NCBI GenBank assembly: GCA_051294905.1 | Contig: CM119383.1 | Span: 6,262,001-6,326,000, forward strand | Direction of reading: 5' to 3' | Source: Botryllus schlosseri | Taxonomy: Eukaryota | Length of the DNA stretch: 64,000 bases | In this document: piece by piece, positions 51,001 to 64,000 of the stretch | Position numbering within the stretch: position 1 is the stretch's first letter | Layout of the letters: the number at the start of each line of letters is the position of its first letter | Made by a program: the position numbers and the translations under genes | The notes under the pieces: generated by a model | Databases searched by the model: none | Told to the model about the DNA's origin: nothing | What the model saw: only the letters and a program-made list of their open reading frames with translations

Positions 51001-54000
51001 GTACCCGCTATATAGCGTAGGTATTCACATTCTTTCATAGTCATGTTATTAATTTCGACTGTAGCACTATTTTACATCATGCAAACAAGCATATTTTGCA
51101 AGCCAATATACAATGCCAATTTCATTATCGTTTAAGTTTTATATGTTTACCTTCATAAAAAATTGGAATTTGAAATCTCGATGGGCAATTGAGACTATGA
51201 TTGTATTGACCTGGGCGAAGTTCCCGGAATACCGTATAGATGTTGATGTAAATACAGGTGTACAGCCGAAGTCTGACAGCAATTTTGATGTAATAGTTTA
51301 TTGTGAATACAGACGGGATATATAAAAATGACAGAGAACTGGTATGGGGAGGGTTATGCAAACTTGGGACGTGCGACATTGATTGAGGCAAAACCCAATA
51401 GTCTTACAAAGCGTCTAGAAGCAATTCCCGCTGAATGATCCTACTACAGAAAACCGATATGTAGTGGCGGGAAGAGCGGATAAAGCTTCCGGTCGATTTC
51501 AATTACCATGTTCACGCCTAACAAGATTAGAGATTAATTTTTATCGAGAAACATGCATATCGGTTATTTTCGGCGTGATTATCGGTCGAATTGCAAAATT
51601 AACCGGGTCACAGGTTTGGAATTTCTCTTCAAATCCATTTGGACCGGATGAGGATGAGAGGGTCAGTAACTGAATAACGGATGAAATGGTATACCCAACG
51701 ATTTGCAGGCTATACAGTACCTGTTAGATGCGTTGCCGGTGTAAAACTTCAATTGTATCCTATTTCCAGTATAGATCGGTTGGATTGCTAGCATGTATCC
51801 AAAGTTATCCGGTAAGGTTAATATTACTGGTTGAATTATTTACTTCAATCATTCGAATTCAAATAACCAGAATAACGTATGTTAAAGAAGCGAAAAGGTA
51901 CAAATGGCATACATTACTCTTACACATATATAGCACAGGTTGAAAGGCAAAGTGCAAAACCGAGTCAGGATGGGGTATACCATAACGGTTACCATAGAAC
52001 TCAGTATGTTGAATTCAGCTCTTGGTGATGTCGGCTCTCGGGACTTGGTATGTGTGAATGTAATCTGGTAAGGGTTACAGGTCAGGTTGAGGTTAGGCTT
52101 AGGCTAGAGTTAGGCTTAGGTTGAGGTCAGGGTTAGTGTAGGGTTAGCGTTAGGTTATGGCTGGGATTAGGCCCGCCAAGTGACAAAATCACCAAGTGTC
52201 AAATTCACAGGTAACCACTACAACACTTGGTGATTCCATACGTTCGATATTGCATTAATCGCCAATGCTTCAATTCTGGATTAGCGTACACAAAATACTG
52301 TACGACTTGCCACCGATTACATAAGAATGAGTAAAAATTAAAATGTCATCGAAATTAACACGAAATAACGCCTTTGACCTAGCCGAAGTTATAAAATCAA
52401 TCAATATTTCAAACAGAAGATGATACAAATATTCGAAATGTTTACTTTGCACTTATCGTACTACACTACTGTTGATATCTATAGAGAAGTTAGTGCCACT
52501 TCAATTCTGAAGTATTCGTGATATCTGTGATCTCATCGATTAATAACATAGTTACTTTTGAGGCATTGCCAATTTGTGTGCCTGGTGAGTCTACTCAAAA
52601 CAACAATAGATGCGCAATAAAATTTCCTTTGCGATCTCAATATACATTTTAATAACACTAAAAATAATTCCCTCTCGTACAAGTGATCCACACCGTTAGG
52701 TGGCAAATTAGTTAGCATGATGACAAGAGCTATGAATCACTAACATCATACGTCGAAATTATAGACGGTAACCCAAGTTCCTGGTTGTGATTGGAAATAT
52801 TTACTACCATGAAATCAAGCGAGACTCCGCTCTATTTGCACAAGAGATAAAACGCTAGATTTGACATGAGGATCTGCGTTTTGAGACAAGATTCCATAAC
52901 GCACGGAATCGTGACCGGACTGCGTGCGGTAACGAGGTGTCCGTAAATGTATTGTTCGTGAACCATGCGATGCGACATGTAAATGAGGTAATAGATGAGT
53001 ATCTTCGCGGGATTGACTAGCTCATCGCTAAAATATACTGAATGCATCTATAAGTATATAAGAGAGCATACCTTTCTGTAATAATGTTAGTTTAGGCGTT
53101 TGATAGTGCTATTTTTACCTCTCCGTATCGCGGACATATATATCCTTGAAATTCTCAAATTTGAAACATTCATGTAAATCCCAAGGTTCTTGATTTTGAT
53201 TGGCACTTGTAGGGCCAGACTCCACATCCACATATACGTAAGCATAATCGCGGAATTCATGAGTGCACGCTGTATTTTTGGCAAACTGGAGGCTTCGAAG
53301 GAGGACAAGCGGTGAAAACGAAATGGCATGTGTCGGTAAGGGAGGTCGATAGGTTAGATCAGTGGTTCCCAACGTGGGTGATATCGCCCCCCAGGGGGCG
53401 ATTTGGTGGCCTAGGGGGGCGAAAATGACGAAGGGGGCGATAATGAACAAAGGGGGCGACAGGGGGCGAAAATAGCGAAGGGGGCGATAGGGGGGCGATG
53501 ACGCGTTAAAACGGCTATATTGGAGTCAAGTCGGAGAAATTACCTTTTTTTATAGTCAACCCACGGAAATTTAGTTGCAAAAGTGTAAAATTCGACAATG
53601 AGCCGAAAAGTTGACCTTCTTTTTTTGTAGTCAACCCGCCGATGATTACAGATTGTATGCCGATTTTTCGGTTCACAAAATCTGGGGGGCGATGATCGGC
53701 GTTGAGCTTGAAAAGGGGGCGATGAGTCGAAAAAGGTTGGGAACCACTGGGTTAGATTGTGGTCCGGTAATATCGAGCGCTGATTAGTATGTAGCATTAG
53801 CGTTTAAAATGTCCTTTACCTTGCACTCTTGCTCATCCCTATTCCGATTAGGATTACTACGTATGAGGTGTAGTTGTGGACTGGGGTTTATCAGCTTAGA
53901 GTAAACGGAAAAGGTTGAATACCACTGCTCTAGTGGTCGGCAACCTTTTTACGATGCGACTCCAATATAAAGTAAAATTGAATCAGCATTTACACGCGAT

Positions 54001-57000
54001 CTCATTTTGTTTTCCGATGCGGAGAAATGTATTTCAAGTGATGCTGAAGCTAAATAATAAGAGTTAAGTATGGACATTTGGACAATTACAGACAAATGTT
54101 AATACACCAAAGTATTCCAAAGTGATTGTTTCAATAACTTTCGAAATTGACACATGGATTTGATTTCACGAAAGCAGAATCGTCAGTTCGTTTCAACGCT
54201 TAATTTACGCTGTTAAGTGTTAATGGGATGGTTGCGCCTGCACTGCATGCTGCGCAGTAGTTTTTAAAGATGCAGCTTAGCTTCGCATAAACTTAACCGC
54301 ATGTCATGATCTATACTTCCAATCGATTACAATGTTACGTTTTATTATACTCATTGTGTTTAATCTGGCTTCCTACAGCCATGTGGTTAAAACAGGACAA
54401 GTCGTTGAATAACAAAATTTGATATAGCCGGGTACGTAGCGCACATTGACATCCAACGGTAGCGATGATGCCGAGACGAGCCAAGTGATGCGATTATAAA
54501 CAAAGCTGATATGGCTTGGGCATTGGGCATGTGCCTGTTGTCTATACATTTCCTAAATCCAGTTTACATACCCCTTGGGATATTCTTCGGGTATATGTCT
54601 TCAACCCTTCGAGTGCAATGGTTTTAATATGGAACACGGAACAGTGAATCGACAGACAAATAAGGTATACAGAGTCACCTGTAGCACCGCACACGAGTCG
54701 CAGGTTGGTTGTTGCTATTGAATGACGACCCGTGCTCAGTATCTTTATTATCGGGTCTCAATTGAATGCTATTGTCGCACAGATTCCGAAAATATTAATA
54801 AATCTCGAACCCGAGTGATTCGATTCCGATTCGAGTCTAGTATCACTCGTTATGACGTCATAATAGAATGAAAGATGCGGAAAGTTCAAATATGTACCTT
54901 TTATGCTACCATATATTTATATATGCCTGCTCTCCGTCACAGTAAAGATATTTTGACCACGTATATCTCATTATACAATTGAAGAGTATATTGATATTGA
55001 AATGAATATACTATTCAATTGTATACTGAAGTTCTGTACCTCCAAGAAGCTCTTCGCATATTTCATTCCATTTTTTGACAACGAAGGGGGTCGATAACGA
55101 CTTCACAGACATGTCATTTCTACTAACGTGCGTAGCTTTGTACCGTATGTTTCGTTTGTGCGATACGAGCAATTGAGGTTTTACGGCTTCCACATAAGGA
55201 ACTACAATTTTCATTGATAAATTGGGTTGGCGATTACTGAATGCTTCTATGCTGGAGTTACAATCCATGCTTGTTCTGTTTTGGTAGGAGGTTGTGTAAT
55301 TTGAAAATGTGACATCGAGCAACTGGAAGTACCAACAAACCTGAGCGGCCTCGATCGACGCCTCCAAATTATGATAAGGAACGACTTCAGCGATAAGATG
55401 GATTGTCATGACTTCATTTAAATCCAATGAAGGCACCCTTTACAATTCGAAAACCAAGGCTGCTATGCTAAGGTTAAAATGACTTGGATGCTGTCGTACG
55501 TTTACCTAAAGCGTTTGCCTTACGAAATTATCTACGGTTTATATTGCATTACCATCCTCGGTGACAGATGCCGCTCTCTTCCGCAAACGTAGTAATGAAA
55601 TTTCTGATTATATAGAATGACGGAGTCGAATCAAATTTACATCTAGGACTTCACAGCTACGATACTGCTGGTTTGTCGGAGCAGAAGTGAGAGAACTTGG
55701 CGAGATAGTTTCAATGCTGGGGTGTGTGTTATACATCAGACCTGTGATACAGTCAAGTTGAGAGGGTTTATTGATGTCCTTGATTTTTGTTTGACTGGGG
55801 AGACAGAAAGTGTGTCAACTTGATTTTGACTTTGATTTTTGTCCAGACAAGAAGCCTTTCAACTTGTATATGTATAGAGTCGTTTATATCTCAGAAGGAA
55901 ATGGATTCACATATTGTAGAAACCTAGAAATGGAATTGAAATTACATGTAGAGCTATATGTTTGACATGAAATTGAACATGGTCGTTTGAGCTAAGTTGC
56001 GTCTATATTTAACGAAATCCGTGGCACATAGTTATTTCGGCACAGTATCGGCGGTATTGGTTCCGTGACACGCCATCATAGCCGTCATTAAACAACCTCT
56101 AGACTAGATGTTAGAACCTAGTTATGGTTTTAAAGACAGTCAATTTGTAATCATTGATCGGAACTATACACGGGGGTTGGCATTAGGGTAACGATGCAGG
56201 TTATAAAAATTTAGCACAAGTATGCGAAGCAACCACAGGCAGTCTTTTGACTTGTGACTATCACAAACTTACGTAACTGTTGCATTGACTTGATGGCGAA
56301 GCTCGTGTAATCATGTCTTCCCTGGAGACTTTTTGATTACATATTTGCAGAAACGCTTTTAAAACAGTAACTCTATCGGTTCTCTTCTTTGATACACACG
56401 TGGAAACCTCGTCACTGCGGTTGCTTAGGCGATAATGAGTGGATACAATATCAGTGCGGTGACTATATGCGACGTGACTCCATTCATTGCTACAAGGCCA
56501 TATAGTTCAACTCATAAATAAACTATACATTGCTTCATACATGAAGGCATTATCTGTAGTAAGTTTTTGCTAGAATGACGATGTGCGTAGAACCAGACAA
56601 GTGCTTTCCGAAAGACGGATTCTATTCTAAGTTATGCAACTCTCTTTCGGGTTGTTTCTCGTATTATTTGTCAAAATCATGTGTAACACATACAGAACTT
56701 GCGTTGATTTCACGAATCGCATGGAATTTTTGAAACCATCTTTGGCGCGTTTCTAGCCGTTCATAGCACATTACTTCACATCATGTAATTTAGTGTGATC
56801 GTTGTCAATACTAATAAATATGATCATATTGATCATTCGTTTGTCGCCATACTTTTAATCCAGTCTCGAACCATAGGGTATAGCGTATACAAATATGGTG
56901 TAATGTTTCACTCTAGGAATATGAGATACTCTTTTGATAAATTTGCTTTGGCGATAAACGTCTCGCACATATAAGCTCACTGACGGTAGTAGATTGACCG

Positions 57001-59821
57001 TATTGAAAACAGTATATTGAACGCATGGAATAGGTATGGTCCAGGGTTTAATCCCTTGTTTTAGATCTTAGATTCTCATCAAATGATAGAGAGTATGTAT
57101 CAGTAGAATTATGTTGTTATTTGAAACAGAAGGTAAAGTCTGTAGTTGCGCACTATTCAAGGTATATGCGATTAAATCCTCTAACGGAAAAGTGGATAAC
57201 GACACTCTGCAGTATTCGTTGATCACGCACCGCAATAGACTAAAACAACACAACGCGAAAGTGATGAAATTAAGATTGATGATTATGATCATCACCTTCC
57301 AATGTCCATGCCGTTTCGTCTTCTGAAATTCCTGATTAATGGCGTTGTGCATGGATCGTCAGCAATGCCCCTAAAATAGCTCTATAAGAATGTGATCAAA
57401 TTCGAGTTAGTGTCGATGCGGCCTCTTTAAGTTCAAGAGTATAGACGGATTATCAAACATGTTTTGACAGCCACTATTGACGTTTGCGCTGGCAGTCATC
57501 GCAAGTCGGCTCCCAGCGGACTCCGGCAAGGCTGATTTCTCATAATATTTTTATTAATGCTAATAGGAACCTCTTCAAATACGTAAGCTCTGGATAAGTA
57601 AGATGAAAGAGAATTAAAGTCAGATGAGATATATATAGTAGTTATTGGAGTACATACTCTTGAAATCACATGTATATAGAATTAATCAATTAGAAGGGCT
57701 TCCACAAATTACTGTATGGTAGCATAGGATGTAACGCAAGATAGTGGACGATATAGATCGGCTAAAGCTGGAAAATATGTAGCAGCAGCTAGAATGCAAG
57801 AACCGGCGATACGTGCCACGCAACTAAATAAATATTTTCAGGTGAATAGGCTTGGAATGCTCAGGACTCGTACAGGAGACCATCCACGATTGTCTAATTT
57901 ATTAGAATAGGATTTTCTGATAAGTCCAAAATTTCTTAACCATACGATGAATAGTCGCATAGCATGCTATATCCGCGCTCGAAAACGTGTTCGTGCTGAT
58001 TTTGTTTGCACTGGCTCCGTCATATTCGTTGCCGTTTTGACTCAATATTGAAATTGTTAGCTCGTTCAGTTTTCACTATAAGTGTGCTGAATTAACGCAT
58101 CTCATGCCAACAAGAGGTGCATAAATTTACCTGGATCAAAATTAATCTACGCGACACGACTGTTAGTACGGATTGATCTGCGACGAATGACAGCACATTA
58201 TAAACGACTTTTCGCTACTTCAGCAACAGAGTATCTTCAACATAAGTTGCAGAGTTATTGTGAAGTATATAAGTCGGCCTACTGGCTTACGAGTGTCAAA
58301 ACTTCTAGTTCAAAACAGCGAGGCATTTAGTATATAGCAGGTGCATTCAAACGGCGAGTCATTCAAAATAGTCAAACTAATCTGAACCCTTACCCAAACC
58401 CAAACCCTAACCCAAGCTAGCGCTAACCCGTACTCGCTATTTTGATGTAACACAACCTAATCCTCAAGAAAGCTAATCTTTGACCCCTAACCCTAACCTA
58501 AGCTATAACACTAACTCTTTCGGTGTGAATGCTTTGCTACTTTGTCACTTGTTTTTTTTAGGGTGCTACATAAATCACGTGTATGAGATATATGCGCTTC
58601 CAAGCGCCACCATCAAATAATATTTCAAGAAAGTAGCTCGCTTATTCATCCTGACAGCTATATTTAGAGAAAGTAGACACATTGAGTGAATGCGTAACCA
58701 GCCTGGGTCCATCGCTATTGATTGGTTGTGCTGTGTTATGGCCGTCATTTTAATATCAGAATAGTCAATTACATGCAGGATTCTTAGGTGAGCCGTAGCA
58801 GAATTAGAACAAATCGGTAGTTGAGAGCTGATGATAACCAAGTGCAACTTTACTATATTATCACATCGGTTCTTTCAGTCCGTGCATTCGTTTGAGAATC
58901 ATGAGTTGATAAATAGTTAGACGTGGGCGCTTCACACATTCGATACTAGAACACTTGAAACGTACCGTTAATGAGGTTGTTTTGTTTGACACTTGACTCG
59001 GTTTTGATGTCATATATACTGGATTGTCCACTAAGAGAGGCCATTAATGCGTTTCTACGTAGTAGCACTTGACAATACGTAAACTTATATGCATATGCAC
59101 AATTGTGCAAGACACGGGGCGGGGAAAACTTTATTGTTATGTTGCATTTGATATTATTTTTGTTCGTAGGAATATAAATGCGTTTCTCCATCAGCTCACA
59201 ATGAATGTTACAATACCGGATCCAAATGTATATAGCTAGGGCATACAGCTAGTTCCGTCATCGCCGACTCTCTCGTAGCCACTTTTCATATTTCTTGCTA
59301 TAAATTTCAGCAGCATAATTACATTTAATTATGTATCTCCAAATTTTTAAATACATATACAATGGTATATTTCAAGATCGCTTTGATTCTAGGAGTTCTG
59401 TTGAGTTGCGAATGAACCTAATCGATATTGTATTGAGAAAATCACAATTCAAATTGCATTAGAAACGTCATTTGAGTAGTCACCAGAGTGCTTTCTATAG
59501 TCGTTCCGAGCCAAAATTGAACAATAGAGACTTTTTCGGGAAGGACAGAGTGCATGGTGTTACTTACCGTACATTCAATCAACTGTTGACGTATTTTCAT
59601 TAAGGTAGCAATGCTTTTGGTTCCATTGTCGATTTGAGATAAAGACCAGCAAATAGGCAGGCATATGTAATGGGTACTCGAAAATCTTGTACTTGCAATG
59701 GATGAAGGTTTGGTCAGGGATAGCTCTACACAACAATTTCGAATGGGTCTTACGGCGAAGATAATCCCAGATGCTATGGGACATTGGAAATGTGCGGTTG
59801 TCAATCGGCATTGTTTGAAAA
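48037..59821 (-). CDS. Unresolved multi-exon gene(s) of unknown function
   Basis: Candidate exons with AG/GT ends and open frames: 59821-59568, about 55340-55040, 53292-53119, 53027-52905, 52657-52595, 52378-52321, 48928-48771, 48057-48037. The four exons at 53292-52321 join in phase. The full model and family could not be determined. Confidence 0.35.
50302..50900. mobile_element. Foldback-type palindromic element with 9-bp target duplication
   Basis: About 250-bp near-perfect inverted arms, outer ends ATAGTGTC / GACACTAT, direct repeat GTTGAAACC at 50293-50301 and 50901-50909, 47-bp internal duplication. Confidence 0.85.
51987..52217. repeat. Element with telomere-like core and GGTTACC/GGTAACC ends
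   Basis: GGTTAG-type run at 52070-52170 between short inverted ends. Confidence 0.55.
53360..53749. mobile_element. hAT-type MITE with AGGGGGCGA repeats
   Basis: TIR CAGTGGTTCCCAAC / GTTGGGAACCACTG, exact 8-bp TSD GGTTAGAT. Confidence 0.92.
58293..58552. repeat. Element with telomere-like core (CCCTAA-type), inverted orientation
   Basis: Degenerate AACCCT/CCTAAC runs at 58380-58515. Boundaries approximate. Confidence 0.5.
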
Positions 59822-62800
59822 CTGCGAAATGTATTGAAAGATTGAAAATATGTACTTATAACAGGCTAATCCCGTGTTTTATCAAGTTACTGCCATCGGG
59901 GATTAATGCGACTATCGGTATAAACGGCACTTGCATTGCGTGGAATCATCAATTGCAGTTTGCAGACATGACCTTAAACCCGCCGGCGTTTACTCGGGTG
60001 GAGAGGATGAATGAAGGTAACGGGTGTTAATCCGCGCATTGCCTCATCGATTGTGAAGCTTTACCATGCTTTCGTTTGAATGTGAAAAAACATAGTTACC
60101 GTGTGAAATGATGTGGAAGTGTTCGTACAGCTGAAGAGTGACGCATCTTTTCTGCGTTTAGGTTTGTTACATATATTACTATAATTTGGTTTGCTTGACA
60201 GCATTCAACTCATAACGATGCCGCTAAAAATGTACCCGCAAGCTGTACCGGTGTACATGTACTTGTACAATGTACATGTACGTACGTACGGCAGGTGATT
60301 AAACTCCAAACTATTTACATGCTTTGCAAAATATTCGGCTGTTACTCCTCAATTCCTCATGCAGTAAATGTGAGTCTGCATCATTAATGGAATAAAACCA
60401 AAATCATAGAATTTTAGTGCAATATAGACTCCAAAGCATTTTTCGGAACGTGTCATTTGCGATGTATTATATGTGGTGAACAACAACAGTAAGGCTCCCC
60501 GCTGCGTTAAAGTAAATACGGAAAATAAAACTATATGATCGATGTTAGAAATCCGATTCATGTGGTGATACACATCGGAATACGAGCGCATTAGTGACAA
60601 AGTGTGGCCTCGACGGTTATTCAAACATGTTTTTCAGTACAAAAGATTTAGGAACTTCTGAAACACTGATGTATGTCCTGCTATTGACTGATAAGTAAAA
60701 ACTAAGGCTGTCGAAAAAGTTTATCTACTGGGTGTGATTCGTGATTTTGAACGTTCGGAAAGTAACACCTGAATGAATTCGAGCTGCGAAAATATTTGTC
60801 CAACAAACTACGCCAGAAATTTTGTGTGGATTTAATGAAGCTGCGTCGGCCGGCTGAACGATCCACTCAAAAGGTGTCAGGAAATTCATTGTGACAGAAC
60901 ACTGATCGGTCGATTTCCTCAAGTATCACGCCTTCACAAACGGATAGGCCGCTAGTGTCGATGATAATTCGATAGCCTATTGTAGGATACGTCTGATGTA
61001 ACAACTATGCCGAGATCAAATATCAAAACATAGTCCAATCCAAAACCAGAATAATCTTCCACATCCTATATCTTTTACGTTCGTGTGACGCATTTCTGTT
61101 ATTGATCTCAGTTCGAGTGAATAGGATTTAAGGGTTAATACGTAACATACTGTTAAAAAGCTATTGTCTGCATTTTTATTTTATTTTGCGCACACTATTC
61201 CCGCCAAATATCATCTACAAGATTTGTTTTTATGGAAGTTATCAATTATTACGGGGTCCATAGTATGGCCTCAAACGGCAATAAATAATTTAAATCTAAC
61301 AGGTATGTAGCGTAGGACAGATGAGTACAATTCTTATGATATGTCAAGCAAATAGATATTAGGTAATTTGATTCAAATGCTACGGATCATAGAGGACTAT
61401 GATAAATGTGTGAGAACCGCTTATCTCATAGATTTAGCTATAACCGATGATTCGCAACATCTTCGTATGTAGTACATAGTTCATGTAAAACCTTAATTCG
61501 CGCCAACTTGAAGGTATTTTACAAGTAAGCGGTGTCTTTTTACTCCGCGAGCCTTTCATCCAATAATTTGATAGACCGAAATTTTCGGAAGCGTTACATT
61601 TCAATTATAGTTGACGGCTTTGTGTGCGCGGATGGGTAACCTGATACATAACCTGCCATATAGACGACATTAACGTGTTGACTTTGCGTGAATAGTCGCA
61701 GGCACATTGCGGTATTATAATTATTGGGTGGCATCGAATGAAATGCAGCCAGAATCGAATTATTAGCAACATAGATCATTTTAGAAGCCATGTATTATTA
61801 TCAACGATCAGTTGGGAATCGCTTCGTCGGAGTCCGCAGTGCTGAGACGAAACTGAATCTGTGCACCGCTTCGGTGCCAAACATTGGTTGAATTACGTCG
61901 ACAGGGGTTAAATTACTGTTCATCTTGAGAAATTTCCAAGTTCATGGCGGAATTTACCTTTTTAAGTATTACTTTTAAATGTGCATAACGATCGATTTGT
62001 TTGCAATTAGATAGATGGAGTTTTTGAAAAACGCGTACTGAGTACGTTTCATAGTTTTCAATGTTATAAAACACATTGACCTATCAATTTATCCGGTCGC
62101 AATAGAATCAAATGAATCATAATGATAACGCACATATATTGGCAGCATATTTTCTGCTGGTATATAACCATTTTTCAATTCGCAAGGTTAGTTTACGAAA
62201 ACAATGATACGTACCAAGAGGACAGTGTCATGTCCTACGCTTTCGGTAATTTCTGGATTGCAGTATCATATTACTTTTGGTATCGGGCATCAAGTTAATT
62301 TTTAATTGCATACGCGTTCAGATCGTCAGTATCGAAATAAAATACGTCACTGTGATGGCAAGAAGAATTTTCCGTGCGGACTTCATGTTTCGTCCCACCA
62401 TGGTTATAAGTACAACTACATATATAAAGTAAACAGCAGTCACTTCATGATATACAGCCAAACTATCTGTATAGCTAAATACGGTTGCAGCTGAGCAGCG
62501 CGTTGGTTCGTCACGTCGCCCGAGTGTAACCATGACTACAGCAGAAGCCAATTGGTCTGCAGAGTCACTGGGAATTGTAGCTTTGCCGTAAATCAAACAC
62601 GATCATATCTCTATCCATAGCCCATTTTGCGGACAAAAGGATATCATATTTAAAGTATGTTTGCTCTTTTTCTCAAATTGATTGTTCCTGTAAATGTAAT
62701 GTCAACGACTCCAAAAAACTACTTCCAGAACAAAGTGGTGAGCGCGACATGGCCATAAATCGAAAAGCGAGGATATTTTATTTTTGAAAGGACTTGATGT

Positions 62801-63454
62801 ATAGCGAAAGCAGCTTCAGTTAATAGGGCAACAGAATAGGAGTATGAGAGCATGCTACATAAAGTAGCTGGGCACGGGTATCAGTAGTCTGTGATAACAT
62901 CTTGATGACAAAAGATGGCGTGTGCCAGACATCCCAGCAGTAAATTGTTCGCTTTGAATTACCGCGCTTTGCGCGAGAAAGATCCGGTCTTTGCAAGACG
63001 TTTCTGCAGATTCATTTGACAGATCACAATAAAAATAGCAACCTCCTATCATTCCTAATATAGTATAAAATATCATGTTGGCGAGAGATTGAAGTGGCAG
63101 GATTGTTTAAAAACGATTTTCTATGCACGGAGCAGGAAAATTCTAATGTTTGACTATGCAGAAATGCCACGTTTTGAAGTGATAATGTCTATGGCCGGGT
63201 TGTCCAGGATGCAAGACAGTGAACGCTAAGGAGAAGCTTGAAGAGGAGAGGCCGCAATGGGAAAAGCAAATATATAATCAAAATGACGTCACTGTCTTAA
63301 TCATTGTACTGATTTTTATTACGTTCTTCGCGTACTTCTTGGCGACCTCTGCTTATTTGACACTCAAAGTATGATTTTCTGCTATAGCAAAAGTAATGTT
63401 TGCAAATTACAAACATCAAAACTGCACTACAATAATGTATTGGCTTGTGTTGCT

Positions 63455-63938
63455 CCAAATTTGGAAGAAGTGCTGCTCAAAGAAGTCATTGTTCGTACGT
63501 GAGTCGGAGTACAACCAATGACGAAAATATCTGATCAAATACAAGTCGAGTAGTGATTTTCAAGGCACCAAAAAATAATTCGAGTTAAAGTATAAAACCG
63601 ACATTTTAAGAACTACTCAAGTAGTAAGAAGCTGCGGTGGGATATTTGAAATTAGCATCTGACCAGAAAATACAGGACTCGCATCTCCAAGCTATCATGG
63701 TCATTTCACTCAAGAAAGTGACGAATGTCTAGTGTCTGTCTACTCATATACTATACTTTCTAGTTGGCAGAAGCTAAAACGCAAATACTAAGTATAGTTT
63801 AGCGTCAAACACAGTTGAAGTAGAAGTCAAAGTAGTAACTATAAAATCATAACCAGCATTTCAGTAAGTAGCAGAAGTTAACAAAAATCAATTGAGTACT
63901 TCAAAAAGTAGTCGTACTTGGTTACTGACCACTTCTCC
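63455..63938. mobile_element. Decayed MITE of the CAGAGGTGGTCA family
   Basis: Right end TTACTGACCACTTCT, AAGTAG/TACTCAAG-rich interior, degenerate left end. Confidence 0.5.
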
Positions 63939-64000
63939 ATTATTTAGACAAGATCGGATTTGATTTCAGTGGCCGACAGGCCTAGGCGTCCATATTTATT

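Noticed and set aside
52070-52170. True telomere or chromosome-fusion site
   Set aside because: Short, degenerate, bounded by element-like arms and repeated at three dispersed sites.

Overview
Eukaryotic, intron-rich, repeat-dense DNA, most likely from an ascidian (tunicate), inferred from the actin N-terminus and intron set. No prokaryotic features or CRISPR array. Two genes can be fully spliced by hand on the + strand. One is a muscle-type actin (CDS 2669-4646, 5 coding exons, 379 aa) with a probable non-coding first exon, CArG boxes and E-boxes. The other is a 14-exon TRIM-NHL E3 ligase (22434-43150, 845 aa; RING, two B-boxes, coiled coil, six NHL blades, no filamin domain, about 135-aa C-terminal tail, probable GC-AG intron). 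The most unusual feature lies between them: a minus-strand tandem array of nine highly diverged Pol III-type (box A/box B) small-RNA-like units at 19171-20797. They have paired termini, a variable centre and conserved upstream motifs, and do not fold as tRNAs. The region 48-63 kb appears to hold an unresolved multi-exon minus-strand gene or genes. The rest is many non-autonomous DNA transposons (several with exact 8- or 9-bp target duplications), a tRNA-derived SINE family, long palindromes and decayed repeats. All calls were read by eye; no database search was run.
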